Of a stretch of 64,000 nt of DNA, positions 9,417 to 21,800 are shown piece after piece; within the stretch, counting starts at the first letter, position 1; each line of letters opens with the position of its first letter. Origin of the DNA: Diplonema japonicum (lineage: Eukaryota > Protista > Euglenozoa: Diplonemea); assembly GCA_964019335.1 (NCBI GenBank), contig OZ025648.1:744001-808000 (forward strand). Reading direction: 5' to 3'. The notes under the pieces were generated by a model. The model had not been told where the DNA came from. It did not search any database and was given only the letters and a program-made list of their open reading frames with translations. A program made the translations under genes and the position numbers.

Positions 9417-12400
9417 ATGACAGCCATGGCCGACTGTGCAGTGAACATAGGTACTATGCGAAAAAGCGAACTTGAAAAAATATTGGAAAATGCAAAACGG
9501 CATAACGTAGACAGCGTACTGCTGATAGGTGGGAACGCGCAAAAATCCAAAGCCTGCTTGGAGCTCGCGCGAGACGAAACTCTTGTCAAAATAGGTGTGA
9601 AAATGGTGTGCTGTGCGGGTGTGCATCCAACCGAGTCGCTCTCCTGGAACGACAGCACCGAACAGACTCTGATATCTTGTCTGTCCGACCCGCTCTGTGT
9701 GGCAGTGGGTGAATGCGGCCTTTCATACGTAAAAGATGCCCCACCTCAGGAGGTTCAAAAATGGGTGTTTTCCCGACAAGTCTCGCTTGCTCAAAAACTT
9801 TCCCTCCCCATCTTTGCACACCAGCGTGGCCACTCCCAACACGATCTCCTCTCAACCCTCACCCCGGAGATGTACCCTTCAACGGTCATTCATTGTTTTA
9901 CAGGTTCCCTCGAGACCCTGCGCACCTACCTAACCTCAGGGTGCTGCGTGTCGTTCTCAGGATGGCTCGCACTTAAAGACAAAGGCTTCCCTTTAAGACA
10001 TTCCCTTTCAAAGATCCCCATTGCTTCGTACTTGAAGCAGATATTATTAGAGACAGACACACCGTTTTTAAAGCCCGACCTGTATGATACGGATGTGAAG
10101 TGTTCGGAGAAAAAAGAAAGCAGCGAACCCGCAGATGTTGTGCTGGTGGCGAAGTGTTTCAGCGAGGTGTCGGGGCTTTCGGAACAAGAGGTTCGGAAGG
10201 CGACGCACGACAACTTCTGGAGGATGTTCGGGAGGAAGGGTGGCCACGGCCATGGTACTGTGGTCAGGGTGCAGCATGGATCGGGTAAGAAAAAGAAGAA
10301 CTATTCGTCGGACGCGCCGAAGTTCATTGTGCCGCACACGCTCGCACGTCTTGCGAAGCAAATGCGCGGTGTGGGCATCGACACCATCATGATGAACACC
10401 AACGGCGTCGCGAAGCTGCTTGAAGCAGCAACCACTGAGAACCGCATCATCCTTTTACGGCATGCGAAAAGCATCTCAACAGAACGCCTCGACACCACAA
10501 AGTGGCTGAAGCTGAGCTCCGACCACACCCGCGAACAAGTCGCGCAAGTCCTCTCCACCTACAACTTGTACCCCAACGAGTCGGATCTCCAAAAACGATG
10601 CGTCGTCTGCAACGCCTGCAAATGGCATCGTGAAACGCACAGCAACGCCCGCAGCGAGATAGGCGACATCGCTGCCAACCACAAGATCTTCCGTTGCGGG
10701 GGGTGCAGGAAGCTGTACTGGGAGGGGGGTATTTTCCGAAAGGCGCAGAAGCACTTCAGAGCCCTCTACATCGACAAGAAGGAAGGCACTGAGGAGAACG
10801 AGGAGAGCCCCGTCTCGCCACCTCCCTGCAAGGAGCGCTGCAAGAAACAAGGTGCTGCGAAGAACTTAAGCAAGAAGGAAGTACACCTGCTGTTCATCCA
10901 CAACAGGTACGGTGTCGTACTGTTCGAAGCTCTGGGGAAATCAACGGCAGGTGCTAAATGGGAAATAGCCAAGACCCACGTGCTAGAACTAGGGGACAGA
11001 CCCTACTCAAGGAAGCCGGAGGTGGACCCTGCATCGGAGGTGAACTGGGACGAAGCAGTGATGCAAGCAGTGAAGCGGCTTGCCCGAGTGTATCTTGGCC
11101 TAGAGGTGAAGCGGAGCCAGGTGCGACCGGCAATCGACTCCGAGACAGGTGAGGAGATCGTGAAGGGGCGCAGGACGTACTTTGTAGTCCAGCTCTTCGA
11201 CAGTGACTCCGCTCCAAAGGGCACCGATGGGGCGCGGCCGCCCCTGTCCGGCGAGGATTTCTGGCTGCGCAGCTCATGCCCCTTCACTTTCGTCGCCAAC
11301 CTCAACGATGCCTCAGGCATGGTCAAGCGCAGCATGCCGGGCAGTGCAGGCAAGGTCGATGTCGTTGGCTCTGCTGTTCTCAAGTGGATGTCTCTAAGGA
11401 TCTTCACCAAGAAGATAGCTAACATACCCCGCACTGCGGCCCCCGTTGTCCTCGATGCCAGCTCCGAGCTGCTCAACTTCACCGCCGCCACCGCACACGG
11501 CGAGTACATCACATCCATAGCACAAGTTACAACCAAGCTGCGTTCCAAAGGAGTCGCACACCCTGACCACACGAGGGCACTATGGGACTGGCGCCCGAGG
11601 CATCTGGGAGGGTCCTACGTGCCGTCCGTCGAGAAGTACCTTGAAAAAGACGACCCCCCACCCGACCCAAGTGCGGGCATGCTGACCCCGATGAGACTGT
11701 GGCGGTGGTTCAACACAAACATCACACCACATGAAGGGGCGATACTAGCAAAGGTGAAGGCGATCCAGAAGCAGGTTCAGAGCGTAGTGGGGGAGGTGGT
11801 GGTGTTTGGCAGCACCGCGACAGGAGTAGCGGACAAGGACAGCTACGATGTGGACATGCAAGTGGTAGGTGCGTGGGATGAAGAAAACGAGAAGCAGCAC
11901 CTCATGGAACTGGCGGACAAGCTTCAAGCATCTGACATATTCGAAGTGGGGGAAATAACACCTGTACTCTCTGCGAGGGTCCCGGTGCTGAAAACCTTTG
12001 TGGGAACTGTTCCTGTGGACTTCACACTACGTTGCGAAGGGTGCTTCAACTCAAAGCTGTTCCGTGCTTACTTCGAACAGAAGCCATTTGTCCGCCCTTT
12101 GGCGTATGTTGTAAAGCGTTGGGGTGCGTGGTCCGGTGTCAAGTCACGAACGGTAGGCTGGTTCACTTCATACAGCTTACAACTGCTGCTGATCTACTCC
12201 CTCCTCCACAGTGGGTCCGTCGTCTTCGAGCCGTTGGAGAAAACAGTGCCTGTGATCGATAGTTACTCTGACGTTACGGGTGTTACCGACGCGCAGGTTG
12301 GGACGGCACTTGGTTACTTCTTCTGGTACTATGGGTGGAAGCATGACTGGGACAATGACGTGGTTTGTATTATGTCGCCAGTGCAAAAAGGTGTTCCGCT

Positions 12401-12624
12401 GACGAAGGCTGAGCTAGGGTGGGAGGATGCCCCTGCTGCAGTGCGCGACCCTTTTGAACAAGACCTCAACCTTACAAGGCGAAGCAAGGATAAGATATTG
12501 ACTGATGTATGTTTGAGGACGGGGAAAAAAAAAAAAAAAATCACAGATTTCACGGAGGTTTCGATTGTCGTATTCTGCGCTTGAGTCAGGTGGCCTGCAG
12601 TCCCTGTTTAGCGACACTGGGTAG
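9417..12624 (+). CDS. TatD nuclease + Mut7-C-like domain + possible degenerate Nudix fold + Cid1/TUTase nucleotidyltransferase fusion (exons 9417-12506, 12547-12624)
   Basis: TatD: GVHP, GECGL, HQR, IHCFTG, LETDTP. Mut7-C: LARLAKQMRGVGIDT, RCVVCN, CGGCRKLYWEG. NTase: FGSTATG..DVD, ARVPVLK, VDF, VKRWG, TSYSL, DPFEQDLNL. Intron 12507-12546 (GTATGT..CAG). Confidence 0.88.
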
Positions 12625-12879
12625 ATATCCAGTGGTGTCTTGGGTCGTTTTTTATTTATTTATATTCTCCCCTTCTCTCCTCCATTTTTTTTAATCTCCC
12701 TTCGTTCTTCTCTTTCCTTTCAAAGGATGCAGGGAGGGTGTCGAGAGAGAGAAACAAACCCGGGAGAATGAAAAAAAAAAAAAGAAGAAGAAAGAAGGAT
12801 TTTAAAAAAAAAAAAAGAAAGAAACACCTGCGTGTTTCTAGACTTCTTGTTCACTCGTTCTCTCACATTGTATTTAAAC

Positions 12880-12914
<35 letters not shown>

Positions 12915-13103
12915 CCTCGCCAGTTCTTTCTCCGCAGTATCGTGTGGAAACATTTTTTTTTTTTCCCTCTTTTTTTTTTTGATAAAAAAGAACACGCCTC
13001 CACTACACAAAACCACGTTATTCCCCCCCCCCCTATTTTCTTCTTTTTAAAAAAAAAAAAGGGAGGGGTGTTGGGTTAACCCCACCAATCTAAAAAAAGA
13101 AAA

Positions 13104-13885
13104 ATGTTGTTGATGGGGAAAACCAATGTGTTCCGGCAAGTAGGCGATCTGCTGCATCTGATGTCTGTGCTCATTGTGTTATATAAAATGTTGAGGTTGA
13201 AGTCTTGCGTGGGTCTCTCGTTGAAGAGCCAATTCGCATATGCTATTGTGTTCACAGCAAGATACCTGCCTACAATCTTCCACACACAATCGTTGTACCT
13301 TCTGGCCATGAAGCTGTTCTTTTTATCGACCAGCTGGTTCATAGTCTATTTAATGAGGTTCAAAATCCCATACAAAGCGTCTTACGACCCGAAGCTCGAC
13401 AGTTTCAAGATGCGATATTTGTTCATGGCCGCTGCCTTCATGGCTCTTATTTTTCATTATGACAATCCTCACCTTTTTATCGAGGTATGGGAGAATAAAA
13501 AATAAAAAAAAGAATTCTCAAAAAAAAATTTTTTTTTCAGATGCTGTGGACGTTCAGCGAATACCTCGAGGCGGTTGCCATCATGCCACAACTCCTCCTT
13601 CTCAACACGATAATCGAGCAAGGCAGGCCTTGGGAACTACTTACTTCGCATTACGTGTTCTGTCTTGGCCTCTACAGGTTTTTCTACGTTATCAATTGGA
13701 TCTATCGATACATTTACGAAAGTATGTAGTGCAATAGGGGGGGGGGGGGGGTGAAAGAAAACCACTCAGATCGCTGGAACTGGGTTGATACCACGTCCGG
13801 GATAATCCAAACCCTGCTTTATGCCGACTTCTTCTACACCTATATCAACGGCCTCGCTAAGTTGCGAGTAAGTTTGCCCAAATGA
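13104..13885 (+). CDS. ERD2: ER lumen protein-retaining (KDEL/HDEL) receptor (exons 13104-13484, 13541-13721, 13770-13885)
   Basis: [48 protein letters not shown] and [13 protein letters not shown]. Two GT-AG introns restore the full frame. Confidence 0.95.
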
Positions 13886-14135
13886 TTTTTTTTTTCTCTT
13901 TTTTTTTTCTCCATCCCCCTTCGCCACCCCCCTTTTTTTTTAAAAAAAAAAAAGTGTACAATATTTTAAGAATTAAAAAAAAAAAAAGAAGAAGAAGAAG
14001 AAGAAGGAACGAGAAAAAACTTTTTTAAAAAAAGGGGATAATGGAAAAAAAGAATAAAAAGAGGGGAATGAAAAAAACAAAAGAAAATTGCTCGTGTGCA
14101 CTCATGAGATGAGATTGTTTGCCAAGTTAGCCTTC

Positions 14136-14168
<33 letters not shown>

Positions 14169-14272
14169 TTTGGCAATCTGCTTTTTCTTTTTCCCCTTCA
14201 CTTTTTGCATTTTTTTTTCTTTCTCGTTCTCACTACCCTACAGTTCACTTTCTCAGCAACGACTGAGCAGAC

Positions 14273-17200
14273 ATGACGAGCTTCACACGGGTCGGCACTG
14301 TGCTTGCAGTGGCCAGCATGGTGGGGTGCCAGTGCACCGGGATGGGTGGCCCATGGTACGACTCCGCAACAGAGGACGTGATGACGGTGAGCGAAGCGGG
14401 GTGCGTGCTGAGCAGCAAGTACGGAAAGGTTCGCGTGACGGGGAAGAAGGTGTCCCCCGAGGGAGGACTGCTTGCCGCTATCGGTGTGGAGGGCCAGTGG
14501 GACTCCTTCGGCTCGCGCATCAAGTGGAGCAACGGGGTGACGTGGACGAAGAAGGTCGGCACCGAGGAGCTGCTGACGGAGCTGCGGGACCTGAAGGACA
14601 AGCACTCCGACGCGATGGGCAGGATCGACGCTCTTGAGACGACCGTGACGCGTCTCTCGTCGTGCTGCAACTCCACTTCACCTGGGACGCCCACTTCCCC
14701 TGCTGATGTCGATGCCCTGAAGCAGTCCCTTGACGACCTGAGCGAGCGGGTGGACCTCCTGAACAAGTCGCGCACCGGCCCCGCAGGCCGCGACGGCTAC
14801 TGCATGACCACCCCGAACACCACCGAGGTCTACGTCCCGAAGCAGGTCTTCGTCCACAACAGATACACCCCGACCTCGACCTGCACAGGGGAGACCGTCA
14901 ACGATGACGGCTGCCGCTGGTCCTTCCACATGGAGAAGGTGCTGAACATCAGGGTGGGCGACACACTTGTCTTCTGGCGCCACGACTCGAAGGTGCACGA
15001 CCTGTGGGAGTTCCAGACAGAGGCCGCCTTCGACGGATGCGACTTCTCAAAGGCGACCCTGCGTGTCGGCTCCACCGAGTTCGCCAGCTTTGAAGACACC
15101 AGAAACTACACCATGACCTTCACTGCTGCGGGAGACCACTTCTTCGGGGCGAAGTTCCCCGACTCAATGGTCACCAACGAGGTGAAGAAGAGGGAGCTGT
15201 GCTGGGATCCTACAGACCCCCCCACCGGGGCTGTCGCGGGGCAGATGCTCGGGTTTGGTGAGGGCTCGAAGATCACGATCCGTGTCCTGGACCCCACGAA
15301 GGAGGAGATGGTGACTTGCCCGCTTTACGACCCCTCGAAGTACGGTGTGAAGGACGGGAAGGCCGCCGACTCGGAGTCTGTGGAGAAGCTGAAGGGGACG
15401 GTGGCCGCCTTGGGGCGCCAGCTCATCTTGGCGGAGGCGAGGACGGCGGAGCGGGTGCGCGAGCAAGGGCAGTCCGGGCTGACGCTGACACGGTCTGTGG
15501 AGCAAGGCTCCGACGCCTACTACGAGCCGAGCTACGGGTCGATGGGGGCGGCGAACATCCACAACCACGCGAACACACACCACACGATAGGCCTCGGGGA
15601 GTTCGGGGCTGTCCTGAACGGTGTGCAGTTCACGACACGCCACAACGACTACTCCTTGGTGCAGCCCGACCCGACGCTGAGCCCCGACGACTACAAGAGC
15701 GAGTGGCCCCCGAAGGCCTCTGCGATCGAAGGCCCGGAGGTTCCTCCGGCGGTGCTGGGCGCTGGGACGGTCCCCGAACAGGTGGCCGAGATGAGGGAGT
15801 GGTTCAAGGCCTTCCACACGCAGAACAAGACGCACCGGAACTACCCCGACTACTTCAAACCTGTGTTGTGCTACCTCGAGGGGACGTGGGCGGAGCCAGC
15901 GGAGGAGGTGGCGGAACCCTTCAACTCCGAGAGGCACCACATCGACGCCGACTCGTGGATGGACCTGCACGAGAAGCTGAACTTCATGTTCAACAATGGA
16001 CAGAAGCACATCCTGGAGAACCTTGCCTTCCTCCCGACCGCGATCCGCGGGATCCGCGAGGGGACCGTGTTCGAGCCACGCGAGGCACAATGGTTCTACA
16101 GGATCTCCTGCAGGCCGGTGAAGAACGATATCCCGACAGAGCGGTTCAGGGTGAAGAACGACCTGCACGTGCAGATGAAGCAGTACAAACCTGCGACGAG
16201 GAAGGAGCTCGGCTCGACCCCTCACGCCTTGTTTGAGATGAACCCGAAGCTGCAGGCGGACTGGGCACCCGGGGCGAAGTGGAAAAGAGGCGCCACTACA
16301 ATGGAGTACGTGGACGAACTGATGTCGGACATCCCTGGGTTTGACGGACCACAGGCGTCACTCATGACGGACGAGTCGTTCGGGGTGCTGTGCGAGACGC
16401 TGAACGGGACGACAACACTCGACACGGCGCGGTACACGCGACACTTCTCCCTCGGGCACATCGACGCAATGGGGCGGACCGCGAAGAGGCGTGGCTTCAA
16501 CGACTACCTCTTCGCGGCGCAGACGACGCACCCGAAGGTGTCGCCCTTGACGACCTGTGGGAACCCCGACTTCGACGGGAGGAACACGGTGGCCCCGGAC
16601 CCGGTGGACACAGCGAGGCAGGCAGAGTGCCAGAAGATCACGACGAGGGAGGGGTGCACGACGACCTGGGAGGCGGCGGAGGTGAAGGCGGCGGAAGGGG
16701 CGAAGTGCTCATGGGCCGGGGCGAAGGTCGGCTGCATCTACAAGAAGTGCTGGACGCAGCGCTGGTCGTACGCGATCCCCCTCGAGGTCGTGTACCTCAC
16801 CCCACTCCTGAAGTGGAACCCTTACAACATCGAGTACCACGAGAAGAAGACCCCCGGCTACGACGCGGTGAAGAAGATGACAACGAACACAGGGCTCTCT
16901 CCAGGGACACCCTTCAAGGGAAGCAGGCAGGACCTGTTCTTCAGAACCCCTGCAGAGCTGTTCAAGGATCAACTGCACCCGGACCCCGCCGACTCGTCGG
17001 GGGGCGAGACCTTCGTGGAGGACAAGAACGGGGTGGTGAGGAAGACGCGGGCCTCGGGGACCTGGGTGTTCACCCCGGAGATCGAAGGGGTGGGGGCCGT
17101 GCGGACGAGGTACCCCGTGTTCCCTGTCCACGAGCATGGGAACACGGTCTGGAAGGAGGCAAAGGCTGTGGCGGACCTGGTGATGATGAAGGACACGAAC

Positions 17201-17563
17201 GCGGACGTGCGGGAGGTGATCAACGAGGCAAGAGGGGGCGGGTTCGGGGTGGAGCTGAGGCTGGGTGGCGGGGGCCACGACCACTACATCAAGATCGAGC
17301 CGGAGGAGCTGGAGCAGGCCCGGGCCGGGACCAAGACAGAGTTCCTGAAGATCAGCGACACACGCAACGCCCACGCCCACACCGTGATGGTGGTATACGA
17401 CCGCACTGCAAAGAAGTGGAACCTCAAGGCATGCAATCAGAACAACAACTTCGTCCCTTGCCCAGCCAGCGTCATCGCCTCCGGTGGCTGCGCCTCGTCC
17501 CCCGTCAACTGCTGCGCAGGGAAGTGCCCCGACGGACACTTCTACCTCGCACCGCCATTCTGA
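14273..17563 (+). CDS. Secreted His/Cys-rich multidomain protein with a phytocyanin-like domain, array copy 1 (1096 aa)
   Basis: Long intronless GC3-rich ORF. Signal-like N-terminus and coiled coil. Cupredoxin-like IRVGDTLVF..HDL..FDGCDF..FTAAGDHFF. His-rich core IHNHANTHH, RHNDY; C-terminal HDH/HAH/CPDGH. Confidence 0.88.
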   Translation: MTSFTRVGTVLAVASMVGCQCTGMGGPWYDSATEDVMTVSEAGCVLSSKYGKVRVTGKKVSPEGGLLAAIGVEGQWDSFGSRIKWSNGVTWTKKVGTEELLTELRDLKDKHSDAMGRIDALETTVTRLSSCCNSTSPGTPTSPADVDALKQSLDDLSERVDLLNKSRTGPAGRDGYCMTTPNTTEVYVPKQVFVHNRYTPTSTCTGETVNDDGCRWSFHMEKVLNIRVGDTLVFWRHDSKVHDLWEFQTEAAFDGCDFSKATLRVGSTEFASFEDTRNYTMTFTAAGDHFFGAKFPDSMVTNEVKKRELCWDPTDPPTGAVAGQMLGFGEGSKITIRVLDPTKEEMVTCPLYDPSKYGVKDGKAADSESVEKLKGTVAALGRQLILAEARTAERVREQGQSGLTLTRSVEQGSDAYYEPSYGSMGAANIHNHANTHHTIGLGEFGAVLNGVQFTTRHNDYSLVQPDPTLSPDDYKSEWPPKASAIEGPEVPPAVLGAGTVPEQVAEMREWFKAFHTQNKTHRNYPDYFKPVLCYLEGTWAEPAEEVAEPFNSERHHIDADSWMDLHEKLNFMFNNGQKHILENLAFLPTAIRGIREGTVFEPREAQWFYRISCRPVKNDIPTERFRVKNDLHVQMKQYKPATRKELGSTPHALFEMNPKLQADWAPGAKWKRGATTMEYVDELMSDIPGFDGPQASLMTDESFGVLCETLNGTTTLDTARYTRHFSLGHIDAMGRTAKRRGFNDYLFAAQTTHPKVSPLTTCGNPDFDGRNTVAPDPVDTARQAECQKITTREGCTTTWEAAEVKAAEGAKCSWAGAKVGCIYKKCWTQRWSYAIPLEVVYLTPLLKWNPYNIEYHEKKTPGYDAVKKMTTNTGLSPGTPFKGSRQDLFFRTPAELFKDQLHPDPADSSGGETFVEDKNGVVRKTRASGTWVFTPEIEGVGAVRTRYPVFPVHEHGNTVWKEAKAVADLVMMKDTNADVREVINEARGGGFGVELRLGGGGHDHYIKIEPEELEQARAGTKTEFLKISDTRNAHAHTVMVVYDRTAKKWNLKACNQNNNFVPCPASVIASGGCASSPVNCCAGKCPDGHFYLAPPF

Positions 17564-18819
17564 TAGAGGCCATAGTGATGAAGTGAAGGGGAAAAAAAAA
17601 AAGTAAAACGAATCATAAACCAATTCCTGTATTTTTTTTTCTTCCGATTATGTTTTTCTTTCCATTCGTTTTCTTCCCCCTCCAAGTTTCATTTGTTTTT
17701 GAACGGCTGTAGCTGTGATGTAGCATGAGCTTAAGGTTCGCTGTTCGTGTATCACCAACCCCAGTTTTTTTTTTGTTCTTGGATAATCAAGTAAGACTGG
17801 TTTGGGGTTCTATTGTTTAAGAAGAAGAAAAAAAAGAGAAACAAATGATGAATAAAGACAAAGGAGAGGAAAGGAGGCAGAAGAGAAGGGAAAAGAAAAC
17901 CAACAAAAAAAGAAGAAGAAAAAAGATAGCGTTGTAATTTTAATTTTACCCTCTAATATATCCACACAGAGCTCTTGGGTGGGCTTTGGGAATTTTTGGA
18001 TGTCAGTTGAAGATTTAGATTTTAGAATCCAGCCTTTTTAGGTGTGAATTTTGATTCTTATGATTAAAAAAAAGAACAAAGAACAAAGCAGGATATTCCA
18101 GAACACATGGTTTAAAAAAAGAAGAAGAAGAAAATGGGGGAAAACAAAGCAGCCATTGTGGATTGGTGTTGTGGGTTGCTGCTAACACTTCCCACCCTGT
18201 GACAATTTTATCTCCCCCCCTTTATTTTTGCGGCATTATCTTTGATGTCATAACTTTGCAAATATTCCTCTTTTTTTTTTAATATTTTTATTTTATTTAT
18301 TTTCTATTTATTCCCTCCCTCCTATCTCTGCTAAAAGAAGAAGAAAATGTAAAGAAAATAAAGAGAAAAACAAAAGGGATAACCTCTGCTGGATTTGCTT
18401 TTTTTTTTTCTTCTTTCTTTTTCCCTTTTTTTTAAATGCATGCTTGTACCCCCCCCCTTCATTCCGAGGCCTTGTGGTCAGAGATCGAGTGTAAAACAAA
18501 AACTGAAGGAAGGAAAAGGAAAAAAAATCTGAAGAGGGAAAACCCCCCCCCCCGAAAAAGAAGAAAGAAGCGTCGTGGTAACGCAAAAATCGTAAAATAA
18601 TTTCTGTTTTTTTGCTGTTATCCTCTCCTTCTTCCTCTTCTTCTTCTTCTCCTTCTTCATCCTTCCCTTACCTTTCTTTCTATTCCTCTTCTTTTATTTC
18701 AAGATAAACATGAAAAAAAAGGACTAAGAAAATACCAATAAAATGGCGTCATAAAACGCCACACTCGAGACCTCCTCCTTCGCTTCCCCTTCCCCTTCCC
18801 CACTTACTACCGTGTTGAG

Positions 18820-18847
18820 CATTATTTACCTTTTTCTTCCGTTTTAG
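18820..18847 (+). promoter_or_regulatory. Candidate trans-splice acceptor (pyrimidine tract + AG) upstream of array copy 2; recurs at +4610 and +9220
   Basis: ..tttacctttttcttccgttttAG lies 38 nt before the ATG. Similar pyrimidine-AG sites precede the genes at 9417, 32457 and 60066. Confidence 0.45.
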
Positions 18848-18885
18848 TTCAAAAAAAAGAATCAAAAAAAATCAGAAGACACACG

Positions 18886-21800
18886 ATGAGCTTCACACGG
18901 GTCGGCACTGTGCTTGCAGTGGCCAGCATGGTGGGGTGCCAGTGCACCGGGATGGGTGGCCCATGGTACGACTCCGCAACAGAGGACGTGATGACGGTGA
19001 GCGAAGCGGGGTGCGTGCTGAGCAGCAAGTACGGAAAGGTTCGCGTGACGGGGAAGAAGGTGTCCCCCGAGGGAGGACTGCTTGCCGCTATCGGTGTGGA
19101 GGGCCAGTGGGACTCCTTCGGCTCGCGCATCAAGTGGAGCAACGGGGTGACGTGGACGAAGAAGGTCGGCACCGAGGAGCTGCTGACGGAGCTGCGGGAC
19201 CTGAAGGACAAGCACTCCGACGCGATGGGCAGGATCGACGCTCTTGAGACGACCGTGACGCGTCTCTCGTCGTGCTGCAACTCCACTTCACCTGGGACGC
19301 CCACTTCCCCTGCTGATGTCGATGCCCTGAAGCAGTCCCTTGACGACCTGAGCGAGCGGGTGGACCTCCTGAACAAGTCGCGCACCGGCCCCGCAGGCCG
19401 CGACGGCTACTGCATGACCACCCCGAACACCACCGAGGTCTACGTCCCGAAGCAGGTCTTCGTCCACAACAGATACACCCCGACCTCGACCTGCACAGGG
19501 GAGACCGTCAACGATGACGGCTGCCGCTGGTCCTTCCACATGGAGAAGGTGCTGAACATCAGGGTGGGCGACACACTTGTCTTCTGGCGCCACGACTCGA
19601 AGGTGCACGACCTGTGGGAGTTCCAGACAGAGGCCGCCTTCGACGGATGCGACTTCTCAAAGGCGACCCTGCGTGTCGGCTCCACCGAGTTCGCCAGCTT
19701 TGAAGACACCAGAAACTACACCATGACCTTCACTGCTGCGGGAGACCACTTCTTCGGGGCGAAGTTCCCCGACTCAATGGTCACCAACGAGGTGAAGAAG
19801 AGGGAGCTGTGCTGGGATCCTACAGACCCCCCCACCGGGGCTGTCGCGGGGCAGATGCTCGGGTTTGGTGAGGGCTCGAAGATCACGATCCGTGTCCTGG
19901 ACCCCACGAAGGAGGAGATGGTGACTTGCCCGCTTTACGACCCCTCGAAGTACGGTGTGAAGGACGGGAAGGCCGCCGACTCGGAGTCTGTGGAGAAGCT
20001 GAAGGGGACGGTGGCCGCCTTGGGGCGCCAGCTCATCTTGGCGGAGGCGAGGACGGCGGAGCGGGTGCGCGAGCAAGGGCAGTCCGGGCTGACGCTGACA
20101 CGGTCTGTGGAGCAAGGCTCCGACGCCTACTACGAGCCGAGCTACGGGTCGATGGGGGCGGCGAACATCCACAACCACGCGAACACACACCACACGATAG
20201 GCCTCGGGGAGTTCGGGGCTGTCCTGAACGGTGTGCAGTTCACGACACGCCACAACGACTACTCCTTGGTGCAGCCCGACCCGACGCTGAGCCCCGACGA
20301 CTACAAGAGCGAGTGGCCCCCGAAGGCCTCTGCGATCGAAGGCCCGGAGGTTCCTCCGGCGGTGCTGGGCGCTGGGACGGTCCCCGAACAGGTGGCCGAG
20401 ATGAGGGAGTGGTTCAAGGCCTTCCACACGCAGAACAAGACGCACCGGAACTACCCCGACTACTTCAAACCTGTGTTGTGCTACCTCGAGGGGACGTGGG
20501 CGGAGCCAGCGGAGGAGGTGGCGGAACCCTTCAACTCCGAGAGGCACCACATCGACGCCGACTCGTGGATGGACCTGCACGAGAAGCTGAACTTCATGTT
20601 CAACAATGGACAGAAGCACATCCTGGAGAACCTTGCCTTCCTCCCGACCGCGATCCGCGGGATCCGCGAGGGGACCGTGTTCGAGCCACGCGAGGCACAA
20701 TGGTTCTACAGGATCTCCTGCAGGCCGGTGAAGAACGATATCCCGACAGAGCGGTTCAGGGTGAAGAACGACCTGCACGTGCAGATGAAGCAGTACAAAC
20801 CTGCGACGAGGAAGGAGCTCGGCTCGACCCCTCACGCCTTGTTTGAGATGAACCCGAAGCTGCAGGCGGACTGGGCACCCGGGGCGAAGTGGAAAAGAGG
20901 CGCCACTACAATGGAGTACGTGGACGAACTGATGTCGGACATCCCTGGGTTTGACGGACCACAGGCGTCACTCATGACGGACGAGTCGTTCGGGGTGCTG
21001 TGCGAGACGCTGAACGGGACGACAACACTCGACACGGCGCGGTACACGCGACACTTCTCCCTCGGGCACATCGACGCAATGGGGCGGACCGCGAAGAGGC
21101 GTGGCTTCAACGACTACCTCTTCGCGGCGCAGACGACGCACCCGAAGGTGTCGCCCTTGACGACCTGTGGGAACCCCGACTTCGACGGGAGGAACACGGT
21201 GGCCCCGGACCCGGTGGACACAGCGAGGCAGGCAGAGTGCCAGAAGATCACGACGAGGGAGGGGTGCACGACGACCTGGGAGGCGGCGGAGGTGAAGGCG
21301 GCGGAAGGGGCGAAGTGCTCATGGGCCGGGGCGAAGGTCGGCTGCATCTACAAGAAGTGCTGGACGCAGCGCTGGTCGTACGCGATCCCCCTCGAGGTCG
21401 TGTACCTCACCCCACTCCTGAAGTGGAACCCTTACAACATCGAGTACCACGAGAAGAAGACCCCCGGCTACGACGCGGTGAAGAAGATGACAACGAACAC
21501 AGGGCTCTCTCCAGGGACACCCTTCAAGGGAAGCAGGCAGGACCTGTTCTTCAGAACCCCTGCAGAGCTGTTCAAGGATCAACTGCACCCGGACCCCGCC
21601 GACTCGTCGGGGGGCGAGACCTTCGTGGAGGACAAGAACGGGGTGGTGAGGAAGACGCGGGCCTCGGGGACCTGGGTGTTCACCCCGGAGATCGAAGGGG
21701 TGGGGGCCGTGCGGACGAGGTACCCCGTGTTCCCTGTCCACGAGCATGGGAACACGGTCTGGAAGGAGGCAAAGGCTGTGGCGGACCTGGTGATGATGAA

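Noticed and set aside
15164-17623. 300-400-aa alternative-frame and antisense ORFs in each array copy
   Set aside because: Expected from very high GC3 (few off-frame stops); the translations are Arg/Gly-rich and low in information.
17700-17765. Possible C/D snoRNA in the array spacer (gtgatg..)
   Set aside because: Box C is incomplete and no properly placed CTGA box D is present.
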